DNA from: Verrucomicrobiales bacterium
Lineage (GTDB): Bacteria > Verrucomicrobiota > Verrucomicrobiia > Verrucomicrobiales > DEV007
Direction of reading: 5' to 3'
Assembly: GCA_018058245.1 (NCBI GenBank)
Contig: JAGPCC010000002.1
Coordinates: forward strand, 2,643 to 66,642
Length of the DNA stretch: 64,000 nucleotides
This document shows positions 1 to 10,018 of the stretch, piece by piece. The stretch's first letter is position 1, and the number at the start of each line of letters is the position of its first letter. Below the pieces are notes generated by a model, which was not told the origin of the DNA, did not search any database, and worked only from the letters and a program-made list of their open reading frames with translations. A program made the position numbers and the translations under genes.

Positions 1-615
1 CTGCTTGCTGGGACAGCCGACATCGGCATGTCAAGCCGCGATGTGAAAGACTCCGAAAAGAACGAATTTACATCCAAAGGCATGGACTTGAAAGAACACG
101 TCGCTGGCGCCGACATTATCGCGGTGGTGCTCAATGAAGCAAACAAGGTCAGTGAACTAACCCTTGAACAAGTCGAAGGCATCTTTACTGGTGACATCTC
201 TGACTGGAGCGAAGTCGGTGGCTTACCGGGCGCGATTTCGGTTTACACAAGAAACACGGCCTCAGGCACTTACAAGAGCTTCCAAGAAATGGCAATGAAC
301 AATCGGGACTACGGCGCTGATTCCCAAAAAATGGCCGGAAACGAGCAGATCGCTGAAGAAGTCAGCAAAAATGCCAACGGCATCGGTTACGTCGGCTTGG
401 CCTACGCTGGCAAGGATGGAATCAAGTCCGCCAAAATCGATGGGCACGAGGCCGATCCGAAGGAAGTCGACAGCTATCCGATCGCACGCAAGCTCTACTA
501 CTACACGGTCGCGGGCAAAGTCAGCGAAGCTGCTGCCAAGTTCCTCGAATGGGCCATGAGCGACGATGTCGCGAAGAAGGTCGTTGAACGCGTCGGTTTC
601 ATCCCCAACAAATAG
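1..615 (+). CDS. pstS: Phosphate ABC transporter substrate-binding protein, 3' part (5'-truncated by window edge)
   Basis: Frame is open from base 1 (LLAGTADIGMSSR...); has R-x-x-x-SGT and GIGYVGLAY motifs and a YPIARKLYYY end typical of PstS; first gene of the pstCAB-phoU run. Confidence 0.93.
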   Translation: MLAGTADIGMSSRDVKDSEKNEFTSKGMDLKEHVAGADIIAVVLNEANKVSELTLEQVEGIFTGDISDWSEVGGLPGAISVYTRNTASGTYKSFQEMAMNNRDYGADSQKMAGNEQIAEEVSKNANGIGYVGLAYAGKDGIKSAKIDGHEADPKEVDSYPIARKLYYYTVAGKVSEAAAKFLEWAMSDDVAKKVVERVGFIPNK

Positions 616-656
616 ACCTCGCTAGTCCGACAGATCACTATCACCGAGAATTCACG

Positions 657-702
657 AGCCCGGCGGGAAATTGAAATCCGATCTCCCGCCGGGCTTTCTT
701 TT
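657..702 (+). terminator. GC-rich hairpin plus U-tract between pstS and pstC
   Basis: AGCCCGGCGGGA (657-668) pairs with TCCCGCCGGGCT (684-695), followed by TTCTTTT. Confidence 0.75.
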
Positions 703-713
703 AGAGGAATTGA

Positions 714-731
714 CTGTGTCGAAATAGTCAC
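714..731 (+). promoter_or_regulatory. Candidate Pho box upstream of pstC
   Basis: CTGTGTC-GAAA-TAGTCAC: two 7-mers at an 11-bp period resembling CTGTCAT-N4-CTGTCAC; 16/18 identical to the motif upstream of phoB. Confidence 0.5.
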
Positions 732-824
732 TCACCCTGCTGGAATAGCTCTTGCGAACCGAGCACGCAGTGAGTAAGAAACCATCATTTAACGACTCGC
801 GAGCCCCCTCCCGTTCCTCCTGCC

Positions 825-2900
825 ATGAAGGTATCAACAAACACTCCCAGCAACCCTGCCGAAATGGAATCTCCCCGAGAGAAGGGACAATTCGTCAGAA
901 GAAGACGCACATTTTTGGGCCTCAACGTGCAGGATGCGATTCGGTATTTCTTCGGTGGTAACGCCGCTCTTGCGATCGTCATACTGGTGCTGATTTGCGG
1001 ATTTTTGCTGCACGAAGGATTTGGTTTCTTCCCAGAGCATCATCGTGAATTGAAGCGCTACAGGATGGCTGGCCTGGAATACGTGGCATTCATCGACGAA
1101 GAGGTGAAACAGCACACCCTGGCGATAGGACAGCTGCGTCAGGCATTCTATCAGGAGATCAATGCCGACTCGGTGGATCAGCAGGCGGTAGTGGCCACGT
1201 ATGGCGCAGTCAAACGGCACGTCGAATCTGAGGTCGAATCACTCGCCGGACGAGCAAATTCGTTCGCAGCCCAGCGTGAAAACTTGGAGTTCCAGCTCGA
1301 TTTGAAACGGACTGCGGTCGCAGCAAAAAAGAAGACCGGTGAGCAAATATCGTCGGCAATGGAGAAAGAATTGGAGGGAGGAGACCTTGCCTTGACGGCA
1401 ATCAATGAGAAAATCAGCGAAGCCAAGAATTTGTATATCCACGGCGTTCGTGAAGCGGTTGACCGAATCAAGCCGTCGGATCTCGAGGAAACTACGCTCA
1501 TCTCTGACTCCGCGTGGGGTTCGGTGGTCAGAGGGGTCAGCGACTCCCTCATCAATGGCGAGAAGCCAGTCTTTATCACTGCTCTGGAAGATGTCATCGC
1601 AGAAAGGCAGGATGCGGCTCGGCTCGTACACTCGGATTTTGCAAAAGCGATTGAAAATCTGAACGGTGCGATTGGCCCAGACAAGAAACTTTGGTCTGCA
1701 CTCCGCAAAGTGGCTACTGTGATCAAGGCAGAAGCGGTCGCGGTAGAATCTGCGCCGGCACGCAAAGCAGCACTGATCACTTTTGCTCAAGCCAGCGACG
1801 ACCCCGCCGAAAAGGCCAAACGCACATCAGAGGCTGAAGCCGTGGTGATCGGGAAAGTCGACTTCTCTGAACGAACGAAACCACTGTATGCATCCGTTGA
1901 GGAGCACGCGAAAATCTCCAAGCAATTGCAAATCGATGTCGCCGCAGCTCTCGACGCCCTTCCGGTAACCACGACAGAAGAACAAGCAGCCAAGAGCCTA
2001 CGAGCCGCTCGGCAGCAATTGGAGGACTACGTTCCCTTTCTCAAGACCCAGCAGCAACGCATCGCCGCCTGGCGTCACGACAAACCCTATTCAGTGGGAC
2101 GTTCGGTGATGGCCTTCATCGTCGGTACTGAGTGGATTACCAACAGTTCCTGGCAGGATTTCTACGGCTTGCTGCCTCTGTTTATCGGCTCACTGATGAT
2201 CGCGATCGTCGCGATCGTCGTCAGCGTTCCGCTCGCGGTCGGTGCGGCCATTTACGTCAATCAATTGGCACGTCGTAGCGAGCAGAATGCAATCAAACCG
2301 ATCATCGAGTTCATCGGTGCGATTCCCTCCGTGGTGCTGGGATTTTTCGGAATTCTTGTGCTGGGAACGACACTGCGGACAATCAGTCAAGTCGAGTGGT
2401 TGTCCGATATCCCTGGGTTCCCGATGGCCGAACGCCTAAACATACTAACAGCAGGACTGCTGCTCGCCTTCATGGCGATCCCGACGATCTTCACGCTGGC
2501 GGAAGATGCCATTAGTAATGTGCCCTCCGCATTTTCTGAAGGGTCGATGGCACTCGGAGCTAGCAAGCTACAAACCGTCCTGGGAGTGGTCGTTCCGACC
2601 GCTCTGTCCGGTATCGTCGCGGCCATTCTTCTCGGTTTCGGTCGGATCATCGGAGAAACGATGGTGGTATTATTAGTCGCTGGCAACAAGATCGCCATCC
2701 CTGACTTTTCTCAAGGCCTAGGCGCATTCACCCAACCAGTTCACACCATGACAGGTATCATCGCACAGGAATTGGGCGAGGTAGATGCCGGGTCGCTTCA
2801 CTGGCGAGCACTCTTCATGGTCGGCCTCGTGCTCTTCCTGATCTCCCTGGTGATCAACTTCTTTGCGCAGCGACTTATCAAACGTTTTCAAGCCATCTAA
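825..2900 (+). CDS. pstC: Phosphate ABC transporter permease PstC with a very large extracytoplasmic insertion
   Basis: C-terminal YGLLPLFIGSL...GAIPSVVLGFFG...EGSMALGAS...RIIGETMVV PstC core; about 370 aa of helical soluble sequence lies between the first TM and the core. Confidence 0.92.
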   Translation: MKVSTNTPSNPAEMESPREKGQFVRRRRTFLGLNVQDAIRYFFGGNAALAIVILVLICGFLLHEGFGFFPEHHRELKRYRMAGLEYVAFIDEEVKQHTLAIGQLRQAFYQEINADSVDQQAVVATYGAVKRHVESEVESLAGRANSFAAQRENLEFQLDLKRTAVAAKKKTGEQISSAMEKELEGGDLALTAINEKISEAKNLYIHGVREAVDRIKPSDLEETTLISDSAWGSVVRGVSDSLINGEKPVFITALEDVIAERQDAARLVHSDFAKAIENLNGAIGPDKKLWSALRKVATVIKAEAVAVESAPARKAALITFAQASDDPAEKAKRTSEAEAVVIGKVDFSERTKPLYASVEEHAKISKQLQIDVAAALDALPVTTTEEQAAKSLRAARQQLEDYVPFLKTQQQRIAAWRHDKPYSVGRSVMAFIVGTEWITNSSWQDFYGLLPLFIGSLMIAIVAIVVSVPLAVGAAIYVNQLARRSEQNAIKPIIEFIGAIPSVVLGFFGILVLGTTLRTISQVEWLSDIPGFPMAERLNILTAGLLLAFMAIPTIFTLAEDAISNVPSAFSEGSMALGASKLQTVLGVVVPTALSGIVAAILLGFGRIIGETMVVLLVAGNKIAIPDFSQGLGAFTQPVHTMTGIIAQELGEVDAGSLHWRALFMVGLVLFLISLVINFFAQRLIKRFQAI

Positions 2901-2921
2901 ATCTCAATCACTCTGCAACTC

Positions 2922-4088
2922 GTGAATCAAGAACAACCAAACAACCCGTTCGCCGCATCGACCTCGCGGCGAGCGAAGACCGACACCGCAATACGAATCG
3001 GGTTTTGTGCGATCACCTACTTTATCGTCGTGTTAGCCATTGCAGTGTTTGCGGACATTACCATTAAAGGAGCCCCAGTGGTGTTTCCAAAAATATTCGG
3101 TCAAGACGGCCCTTTTGTGAACACCGATCTATTCACAAAAGACCCGGAAACGTTGGTCGTTTTCGAAGATGTGGAGGCCGATAAAATCACGATGGGATTC
3201 GGCGAGTTCTCCAACTACAAAACCGAAAACCCCAAAGCCGTCATCAACAACGAAAAGACCTTTGCATTCTCGGCTGGCGGTGTTCGCGGCCCGATTCTGG
3301 GAACTATCTTTTTGGTGACGATATGCATCGTTGTCGCATTGTTCATCGGCATCGCTACCGCCATCTATCTAAATGAATACAGTGGTAAGGGAAAAACGGT
3401 AGATGGTATCCGACTCGCCATCCTTAATCTGGCGGGAGTTCCATCGATCGTTTTCGGACTGTTCGGCTTGATGTTCTTTTGCTTTTTCGTGCCTGTCATC
3501 ACACAAACACCGATTGATCGACCAGGCTTCGAGATCTCCCCGATCCCCCTGCCATTTGGGTATTATATCAGCTTCCAAGGCTGGGGAACCTGTATGTTGG
3601 CGGGAGGTTTCACCCTCGCCGCGATGATTCTACCAGTCATCATCACCGCCACCGAAGAATCACTGAAGGCTGTACCCATGGGTTTCCGAGAAGCGTCATT
3701 GGCGTTGGGGGCAACCAAGTGGCAAACGATTCAAAAATCAGTTTTGCCATACGCCTATCCTGGCATACTAACCGCATCAGTGCTCGGCATCACGCGAGCG
3801 GCTGGCGAGACTGCACCGATCATGTTTACCGCCGCCGTGGCACTACGTGACGAGCTACCTTGGGAGGGACTCGATAATACAAGTCTTGGTGCCGTATTCG
3901 ATTTCTTCGGCCAGTCCGTTCAGGCGCTGCCCTATCATATCTACACTGTTGCATCCAAGATACCTCAAACCAAGTACACTGAACCGATGCAGTACGCTGC
4001 AGTATTCATTTTCATGATACTGGTCATGGCCCTCGCCGGACTTTCGGTCTGGTTGCGGGTTCGTGCCCGTGCCAAGTTGAAATGGTAA
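2922..4088 (+). CDS. pstA: Phosphate ABC transporter permease PstA
   Basis: NLAGVPSIVFGLFG, EASLALGATKWQTI (EAA loop) and RAAGETAPI motifs; operon position. Confidence 0.95.
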   Translation: MNQEQPNNPFAASTSRRAKTDTAIRIGFCAITYFIVVLAIAVFADITIKGAPVVFPKIFGQDGPFVNTDLFTKDPETLVVFEDVEADKITMGFGEFSNYKTENPKAVINNEKTFAFSAGGVRGPILGTIFLVTICIVVALFIGIATAIYLNEYSGKGKTVDGIRLAILNLAGVPSIVFGLFGLMFFCFFVPVITQTPIDRPGFEISPIPLPFGYYISFQGWGTCMLAGGFTLAAMILPVIITATEESLKAVPMGFREASLALGATKWQTIQKSVLPYAYPGILTASVLGITRAAGETAPIMFTAAVALRDELPWEGLDNTSLGAVFDFFGQSVQALPYHIYTVASKIPQTKYTEPMQYAAVFIFMILVMALAGLSVWLRVRARAKLKW

Positions 4089-4124
4089 TACGCTGAAAAC
4101 CGAAAATAGAGCATCTGGCTGTAT

Positions 4125-4976
4125 ATGATGACGACAACTCAACCCAAATTCTATATGGAAAACGCAACACCAGCGACTACCTTAGGACCCACTCCAAGCA
4201 CCCATAGCCCAACGCCGACCACGATCATTGAGGTCGATGACGTCAATTTCAGCTACGACAGCAAGGTCGATGTGCTGCGCGACATTTCGCTCCCCATTTA
4301 CGAGCAGCAGGTAACAGCCTTCATCGGACCATCCGGTTGCGGAAAGTCGACCCTGCTACGTTGCTTTAACCGGATGAACGACCTCATCCCCGGCGCGGGC
4401 CTACGAAAGGGCCGGATCAGCATTCTCAACACCGACATTCACTCCAGCGGAGTCGACGTCATCGAACTGCGCAAGCATGTTGGAATGGTGTTTCAGAAAT
4501 CCAATCCATTTCCAAAAAGCATCTACGAAAATCTCGCCTACGGACTCCGCATTGCAGGGGAAAAACGCCCTGAGGTTCTCGATCAGATCATCGAGGAAAG
4601 TCTCCGCAGTTCCGCCTTATGGGATGAGGTAAAAGACCGCCTTCATAGCAGCGCTCTTGGCCTCTCTGGTGGCCAGCAACAAAGGTTATGTATCGCTCGT
4701 GCGATCGCGGTGAAGCCCCGCATCCTATTGATGGATGAACCATGTTCCGCACTCGATCCGATCGCCACCGCAAAGGTTGAAGAACTAATCATTCAACTTA
4801 AGAAAGACTACACGATTGTAATCGTTACCCATAATATGCAACAAGCTACCCGAGTGTCTGACCGCACCGCATTCTTCTACCTCGGCGAACTGATCGAAAT
4901 TGATGCAACTCCAGTCTTGTTCAGCAATCCTTCCCGAACTGAAACGGAGGACTATATTAGTGGTCGGTTCGGCTGA
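4125..4976 (+). CDS. pstB: Phosphate ABC transporter ATP-binding protein
   Basis: GPSGCGKST Walker [15 protein letters not shown] signature, [22 protein letters not shown] end. Confidence 0.97.
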   Translation: MMTTTQPKFYMENATPATTLGPTPSTHSPTPTTIIEVDDVNFSYDSKVDVLRDISLPIYEQQVTAFIGPSGCGKSTLLRCFNRMNDLIPGAGLRKGRISILNTDIHSSGVDVIELRKHVGMVFQKSNPFPKSIYENLAYGLRIAGEKRPEVLDQIIEESLRSSALWDEVKDRLHSSALGLSGGQQQRLCIARAIAVKPRILLMDEPCSALDPIATAKVEELIIQLKKDYTIVIVTHNMQQATRVSDRTAFFYLGELIEIDATPVLFSNPSRTETEDYISGRFG

Positions 4977-5025
4977 TCGGTCGTAAAACTTTCGGAATAT
5001 TACTAAGCAAAACTACACTCTTTCA

Positions 5026-5736
5026 ATGAAGGACACTCCACACATATTCAGTGAATACGACCTCGCCCTTGAGCACGCCAGGGCGTCAATACTTACAATG
5101 GCAAGCATCGCTTCGGAGAACCTCCGCAATGCGGTTCGCGGACTGCTGGATCGCAACGAAGATCTGTGCAATGACGCAATAGCTGAAGATGAGGAAGTCA
5201 ACGCGTTTGAGCGCACCGTCGATCGCGACAACATGGCGATACTTACCCGATTCAACCCGATTGCCACCGATCTTCGTTCGGTGATCGCGACGATGAAGGT
5301 GTCAAATAACCTGGAACGAATCGCCGATCAGGCCGGGAATATCGCCCGCCGTGCGAGAAAGATTATCAACAAACCAGAGGTCCCTCAAATTCATCTAGTC
5401 GAACCTGTCTATGCGCTTGCCACCGATCTTCTCGCCGACGCAATTCGGTCTTTCGCTGAACCCAATGTCGCGCTGGCGCTAAGCCTCTACGAGCGGGATC
5501 AAGAGCTCGACAAGCTGCATCGAAAAACAATGAAGACGCTCACCAAGGCGATGGAGAGTGACGTCACCAATCTGCGCACTTATCTCAATCTGATCTTCAT
5601 TATTCGCTGCCTGGAACGGGTTGGAGATCACGCTGTAAACATCGGTGAAGACGCCGTCTACGTAGCTCGCGGGGAAGACATCCGTCACGTTGGCCCGTCT
5701 GCAAAGAGCAACATCAGCGACAACGACAACGCCTGA
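5026..5736 (+). CDS. phoU: Phosphate signalling complex protein PhoU
   Basis: Two PhoU repeats (LERIADQAGNIA; LERVGDHAVNIGE); follows pstB. Confidence 0.95.
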   Translation: MKDTPHIFSEYDLALEHARASILTMASIASENLRNAVRGLLDRNEDLCNDAIAEDEEVNAFERTVDRDNMAILTRFNPIATDLRSVIATMKVSNNLERIADQAGNIARRARKIINKPEVPQIHLVEPVYALATDLLADAIRSFAEPNVALALSLYERDQELDKLHRKTMKTLTKAMESDVTNLRTYLNLIFIIRCLERVGDHAVNIGEDAVYVARGEDIRHVGPSAKSNISDNDNA

Positions 5737-5749
5737 CAGATCGTCAATT

Positions 5750-7111
5750 TCAGATCTCCGTCTCCGAAGCCGTCATAGCCTCCGTGGGCGGTGCGGGCAA
5801 TGATATAGAGAAGCAAGTAGATCGTCCCGGTTGACTCGTCACAGAGATCGAACCCCGATGAGCCTCGACCGCTCGCTTTACAATCGAAAGCCCAAGCCCG
5901 GTACCCGATGTCGCGTTATGGGAGTGGTGCTTTTCGACTCTGTAAAAGCGCTCAAAAACGGAGTGTAAATCGGCAGATGGAATCCCGATACCGTTATCGG
6001 TGACTTCCAAAAAGCGACAACCGCTCAGTGGCTCACACCAAAACTTGATCGTGATTTTCAGTCTTGGTCGCTGGTTCTGCTTCAGTGCGTTTTCAATTAA
6101 GTTAAACAAAATCTGATCGAAATAGAAACGATCTCCATACAATATTCGCTGCTCGATTTCAGGTAGCGAAATTTTGATCTTTGTCGCGTGCCGGTCGATC
6201 AAAGGGCGAAGCTGATCGATGACACCAATCACGCACTCACCGATGTCGAAGGTCTCATTTTTCAAAAGTATTTCAGTGACGCTCCCTCCCTCAACGTGCC
6301 CCTCAAGACGGGAGATCGTCAGCATGTCATCCACTAAACGGGTGATGCGGTCAGTGTGTTTTACGAGAACCGCAATCGCAGGGCTCGAAATTTCATCACC
6401 AAGCATCTCTAGATGGCCCTTGATGATCGATAGCGGCGTGCGCAACTCATGGGAAGCATTGGCAACAAAGTCTTTTCGCATCTGTTCCGTCTGCAGTTCC
6501 ACCGTGATGTCGCGAAGCAAAAGCCACGCACCCTTCCCGATCTTCAACGATACATCGAGCGGTTCGGCCATTACCAACATCGTCCGCTTCGTATTCGCAA
6601 GCTGTATGCGTTCCTGCATTCTTCCGCCAGTCTCCATCGCCACCGTCACCGTTTCTATGATATTGTGGTCCAGACATGCTTCGATCAACTGGCGACCGAA
6701 AATTCTACCACCACTACCAAACAATTGCTCTGCTGCGCCATTGGCGTAGGAAATGGCCAAACGTTCATCGACGATCACTATTGCATCCTCGATCTGATTG
6801 ACTACGTAATCGAGCGTTTTGCGCTGACCATCCGCGAGAGCTATTTGCAGTTTCGCCTCCCTCATAGCGTCGAAAGCGGCAGTCCTTAGCCGAGCCAGAG
6901 CAGGCACCTTGTGAATTGCTGAAACCTGTAAATCTTGATCAGGCAAAAGATCCGATCTTAGGGCATCCCCCAAGGACGCCACTCCTCGACTCAATCGCCA
7001 CAGCCTCCACCCAAGGAGGAGGCAAAACACCGACAAACTCACTATAATTATGACGTTCAAAACTCCATTCAGATTACTTCCACGAAACGCTCGCTTAGAG
7101 ACTCGTATCAA
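5750..7111 (-). CDS. phoR: PAS-containing sensor histidine kinase, PhoR-like
   Basis: DFVANASHELRTPL H-box, NLIENALK N-box, DNGIGIP and GTGLGLSIV G-boxes; adjacent to the pst operon. Confidence 0.88.
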   Translation of the reverse strand: MIRVSKRAFRGSNLNGVLNVIIIVSLSVFCLLLGWRLWRLSRGVASLGDALRSDLLPDQDLQVSAIHKVPALARLRTAAFDAMREAKLQIALADGQRKTLDYVVNQIEDAIVIVDERLAISYANGAAEQLFGSGGRIFGRQLIEACLDHNIIETVTVAMETGGRMQERIQLANTKRTMLVMAEPLDVSLKIGKGAWLLLRDITVELQTEQMRKDFVANASHELRTPLSIIKGHLEMLGDEISSPAIAVLVKHTDRITRLVDDMLTISRLEGHVEGGSVTEILLKNETFDIGECVIGVIDQLRPLIDRHATKIKISLPEIEQRILYGDRFYFDQILFNLIENALKQNQRPRLKITIKFWCEPLSGCRFLEVTDNGIGIPSADLHSVFERFYRVEKHHSHNATSGTGLGLSIVKRAVEAHRGSISVTSQPGRSTCFSISLPAPPTEAMTASETEI

Positions 7112-7125
7112 AGACTCGCATAAAA

Positions 7126-7812
7126 TCAGATTTCCTTCGCATCATTGAACTGGTAGCCGACGGAGCGAACAGTTTCAACGCGAACCGCCTCCATTCCCAA
7201 CTTCGCGCGAAGCCGCTTAATGTGGGTATCGAGCGTCCGTGTTTGCGCCTGCTCGCTGTAGCCCCATATCTTTCGTAACAATTCATCCCGCTCGCGTGTC
7301 ACATTGGGAAGCTCGGTGAGCGCGAGCAACAACTTATATTCGGTCGATGTCAGTTCGACGGATTCGTCACCGACGTAGACAGTGAGCTTACTCCGATCTA
7401 TCCTCAACTGACCGAACTCCATCACCGCATCTGCGCTCCCCCCCGCCGCGCGCCTGAGAAGATTGCGGACCCGTAGCACCAACTCGCGAGGACTGAAGGG
7501 TTTCGTCATGTAATCATCAGCGCCTGTTTCCAGACCGTTGATTTTGTCATCAAGGCTCGCTCTAGCCGTGAGCATCAGGATCGGTATTTCGCTGCCACGA
7601 GGATCGCGCCGCAAGTTTCGACAAATCGACAGTCCATTTCGCCCCGGAAGCATCAGATCCAGAATTATCAAATCAGGACGCTCCTGACAGGCGAGTTGCT
7701 CCGCAGTTAGTCCGTCCTCGGCTTCGATCACAGTAAACCCCTCTCTCCGCAGCTTCAGCGCGATCATTTCGCGCATATCCTGCTCGTCCTCGACTAAAAG
7801 AATGGTAGACAT
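7126..7812 (-). CDS. phoB: OmpR-family response regulator, PhoB-like
   Basis: LLVEDE, LDLMLP, GADDYMTKPFS and RTLDTHIKRLRAKL motifs; paired with PhoR. Confidence 0.85.
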   Translation of the reverse strand: MSTILLVEDEQDMREMIALKLRREGFTVIEAEDGLTAEQLACQERPDLIILDLMLPGRNGLSICRNLRRDPRGSEIPILMLTARASLDDKINGLETGADDYMTKPFSPRELVLRVRNLLRRAAGGSADAVMEFGQLRIDRSKLTVYVGDESVELTSTEYKLLLALTELPNVTRERDELLRKIWGYSEQAQTRTLDTHIKRLRAKLGMEAVRVETVRSVGYQFNDAKEI

Positions 7813-7889
7813 GACAATGGTTCTAACGGTTTTGCGTGGATTGTAGAGCGAACACTCTCACTAAACCAGCACTTCGATGTTCGCAATCG

Positions 7890-7907
7890 GTGACTGTTTC
7901 GTCACAG
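7890..7907 (-). promoter_or_regulatory. Candidate Pho box upstream of phoB
   Basis: Minus strand reads CTGTGAC-GAAA-CAGTCAC, about 78 bp upstream of the phoB start; near-identical copy at 714-731. Confidence 0.5.
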
Positions 7908-8276
7908 AGTTTTGCTCGCTTCGCTCAAAGAGTGCGATCGGCCAGGATTCCCAGTAGTAGCGTCATCCCTGGATTACCCGTCCGATTGAGCACGCAGCTC
8001 GCTGCTCTCCCTCGCTCGCGCCTTGCCTACCGAAATTTTGACTCGATCTTTTCGGCACTTCTTTTTGGCACTTCTTTTTGGCAAAGGGCCTATGGTGGAG
8101 CGTTGGTGACGACAGGAGGTTTGATTTTCGTCGGCCCACAGGCAAATGAACAGCTGTCCGCTGGAGGCTGCGCCCGTGCGAGTCGGAACTTTTGTCGTTC
8201 TCGCTCATTACGATGCGGGATAGGTTTCCTCAAAACTCTCCTTTTCAGAGTATCGCTCACCGCGACCAAGCCTTCC

Positions 8277-10004
8277 TCAATTAAAAATCGTATCGATTCC
8301 CATGGCACTTTTACGGGCAAACTTGGGGAAGAGCTTCGGCCGCGTTCGCTTCAGAATCAGGTATGTCCAGGAAAGAAGCCGTAGTCCGATGATTCGATCA
8401 ATGAATCGATAGGCAGGTTGGTCGCGCAGCAAATACTTGATGAACCAAGAAATGTGGCGAGCCCTCATCCGAAACGGTGAAAAGCTAAGACGGATGGCAT
8501 AACGATAGCGGGTGCCGCGCGGATACTTCTTTTTGTAGGCCTTTTTGGCGTCAAAAAGGCGTTGTTCGATTGATTCGTCAAAGGGACGGAAGAAGTATTC
8601 GCGGGCCAGCGCGAGAATGGAAAAAGTCGCTTCCATGAATTCGATGTCATGGACTGGTAGGCCACATTTCTCTGCGAGGCCTTTCATACGGCGGATTTTT
8701 TCCATGGCGACCTGACCGGATCGAATGCAACATTCTCCATCGTCTACGAAATGATTCATCATTCGTTTGATCGCATCGGCGATGAAGATGTTGTGCCAGT
8801 AGACGCCGATCAACGGTGGGACGCGTACTCGGCGAAAGTACATTTTCTGGCGGGCAAACTCGGGGAGGTAGAGCAACTCTTTGACAACCTCTTCGGATAG
8901 TCTCAACAGTTCGATCCACGAGGCAGAATCTTTGGCACAGCTAGGAAACTTCAGAGCGGCCTCTTCCCAGAGTTCATCGTGTTTAAAGAGGCGCAGAGTG
9001 ACGAAGGTATTGATCTCGGTCCAGATCGCTTCGTCCTCTAGAAAGGCGAGTCGGCGGAACGGTGTCCAGCCGCCCGTCTGACACCAAAGATTGATCCCTG
9101 CGAAGTTTGGTGCGTGACGCAGATGAAGCGCGAATTTTTCGTAGTCGTGGCCGATGAAACTGGGATACTCGCCGCAGCCCTCGTACTCGCGCCGAGTCTG
9201 CAATTCGATTACCGTCGGAATGTCGGTAATAAAGAAGTTTCGGTTTAGCGAGAGATAGCGAAAGAAATCAGACTCCCCGTACTTCATAGACAACACCAGA
9301 GATGGGCTGTCGATGCCGTAAACCGTTCGGTGTAAGGTTGCATCGTGCCAGATGAGGTCGCCAACTTGGTGCGCACCAACAGTCCAGGTTCGAAACAGGC
9401 AAATTCGCTCGTACTTTTCAAAGATCGGTAGCACGGCCTTGAGGAAACGATTGACCATTTCTGGATCTTTTAACACCAGCTGACTACGGAAGGATTCCGT
9501 CACATCGTGCCCGTCGGACTCCCCGATACGCATGATGACCCCGGTCAGTTCAGGGAATGAAGAGAAAAGCTCGTCGAGTAGTTCGCACACAAAGCGGTGA
9601 ATCTTTTCTAGATTGCAACCAAGCTGTAAAGTCGAAGCGCGCGTGAAAGTCATCACGTCCATGGTCAGATAAATCTGCAGCCCGGAGTCCTGAATGATTC
9701 TGAACAGCTCACGAAATTCGGAAGAGTTTTGTGCGATCTGATCGCGAACCTCGGTTTCGTAGAATGGATGATCGGCAAGATGCGCTAGGTCGTCCAAAGA
9801 CACCGCGTTGAAGCCAGTTTCCGCGACGCGACGACAGAAGGTCCTCAAGTCATGCTGAACACGATCAAAATACGCCCGCCGTCTATCTCCCTCAAGTTTC
9901 TGAATTCTCCGCCACGGAATCTTCGACCAATTAACGCAGACCTTTTTGTAGTCCCGGAAAAAAGGGCCGATGGCGTCGATCAAGAATATCTTTCTCTCGA
10001 GCAT
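8277..10004 (-). CDS. Uncharacterised TIM-barrel glycoside-hydrolase-like protein (GH67-like motifs)
   Basis: Probable start MLERKIF at 10004. GFNAVSLDD, RIGESDG, FRTWTVG and ELQTRREYEG resemble alpha-glucuronidase-like barrels; weak recognition only. Confidence 0.5.
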   Translation of the reverse strand: MLERKIFLIDAIGPFFRDYKKVCVNWSKIPWRRIQKLEGDRRRAYFDRVQHDLRTFCRRVAETGFNAVSLDDLAHLADHPFYETEVRDQIAQNSSEFRELFRIIQDSGLQIYLTMDVMTFTRASTLQLGCNLEKIHRFVCELLDELFSSFPELTGVIMRIGESDGHDVTESFRSQLVLKDPEMVNRFLKAVLPIFEKYERICLFRTWTVGAHQVGDLIWHDATLHRTVYGIDSPSLVLSMKYGESDFFRYLSLNRNFFITDIPTVIELQTRREYEGCGEYPSFIGHDYEKFALHLRHAPNFAGINLWCQTGGWTPFRRLAFLEDEAIWTEINTFVTLRLFKHDELWEEAALKFPSCAKDSASWIELLRLSEEVVKELLYLPEFARQKMYFRRVRVPPLIGVYWHNIFIADAIKRMMNHFVDDGECCIRSGQVAMEKIRRMKGLAEKCGLPVHDIEFMEATFSILALAREYFFRPFDESIEQRLFDAKKAYKKKYPRGTRYRYAIRLSFSPFRMRARHISWFIKYLLRDQPAYRFIDRIIGLRLLSWTYLILKRTRPKLFPKFARKSAMGIDTIFN

Positions 10005-10018
10005 CAGCCTGTTTGAAT

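Noticed and set aside
8050-8082. Short direct repeat GGCACTTCTTTT in the phoB upstream region
   Set aside because: Two to three low-complexity copies with no similarity to the shared Pho-like motif; not enough evidence for function.
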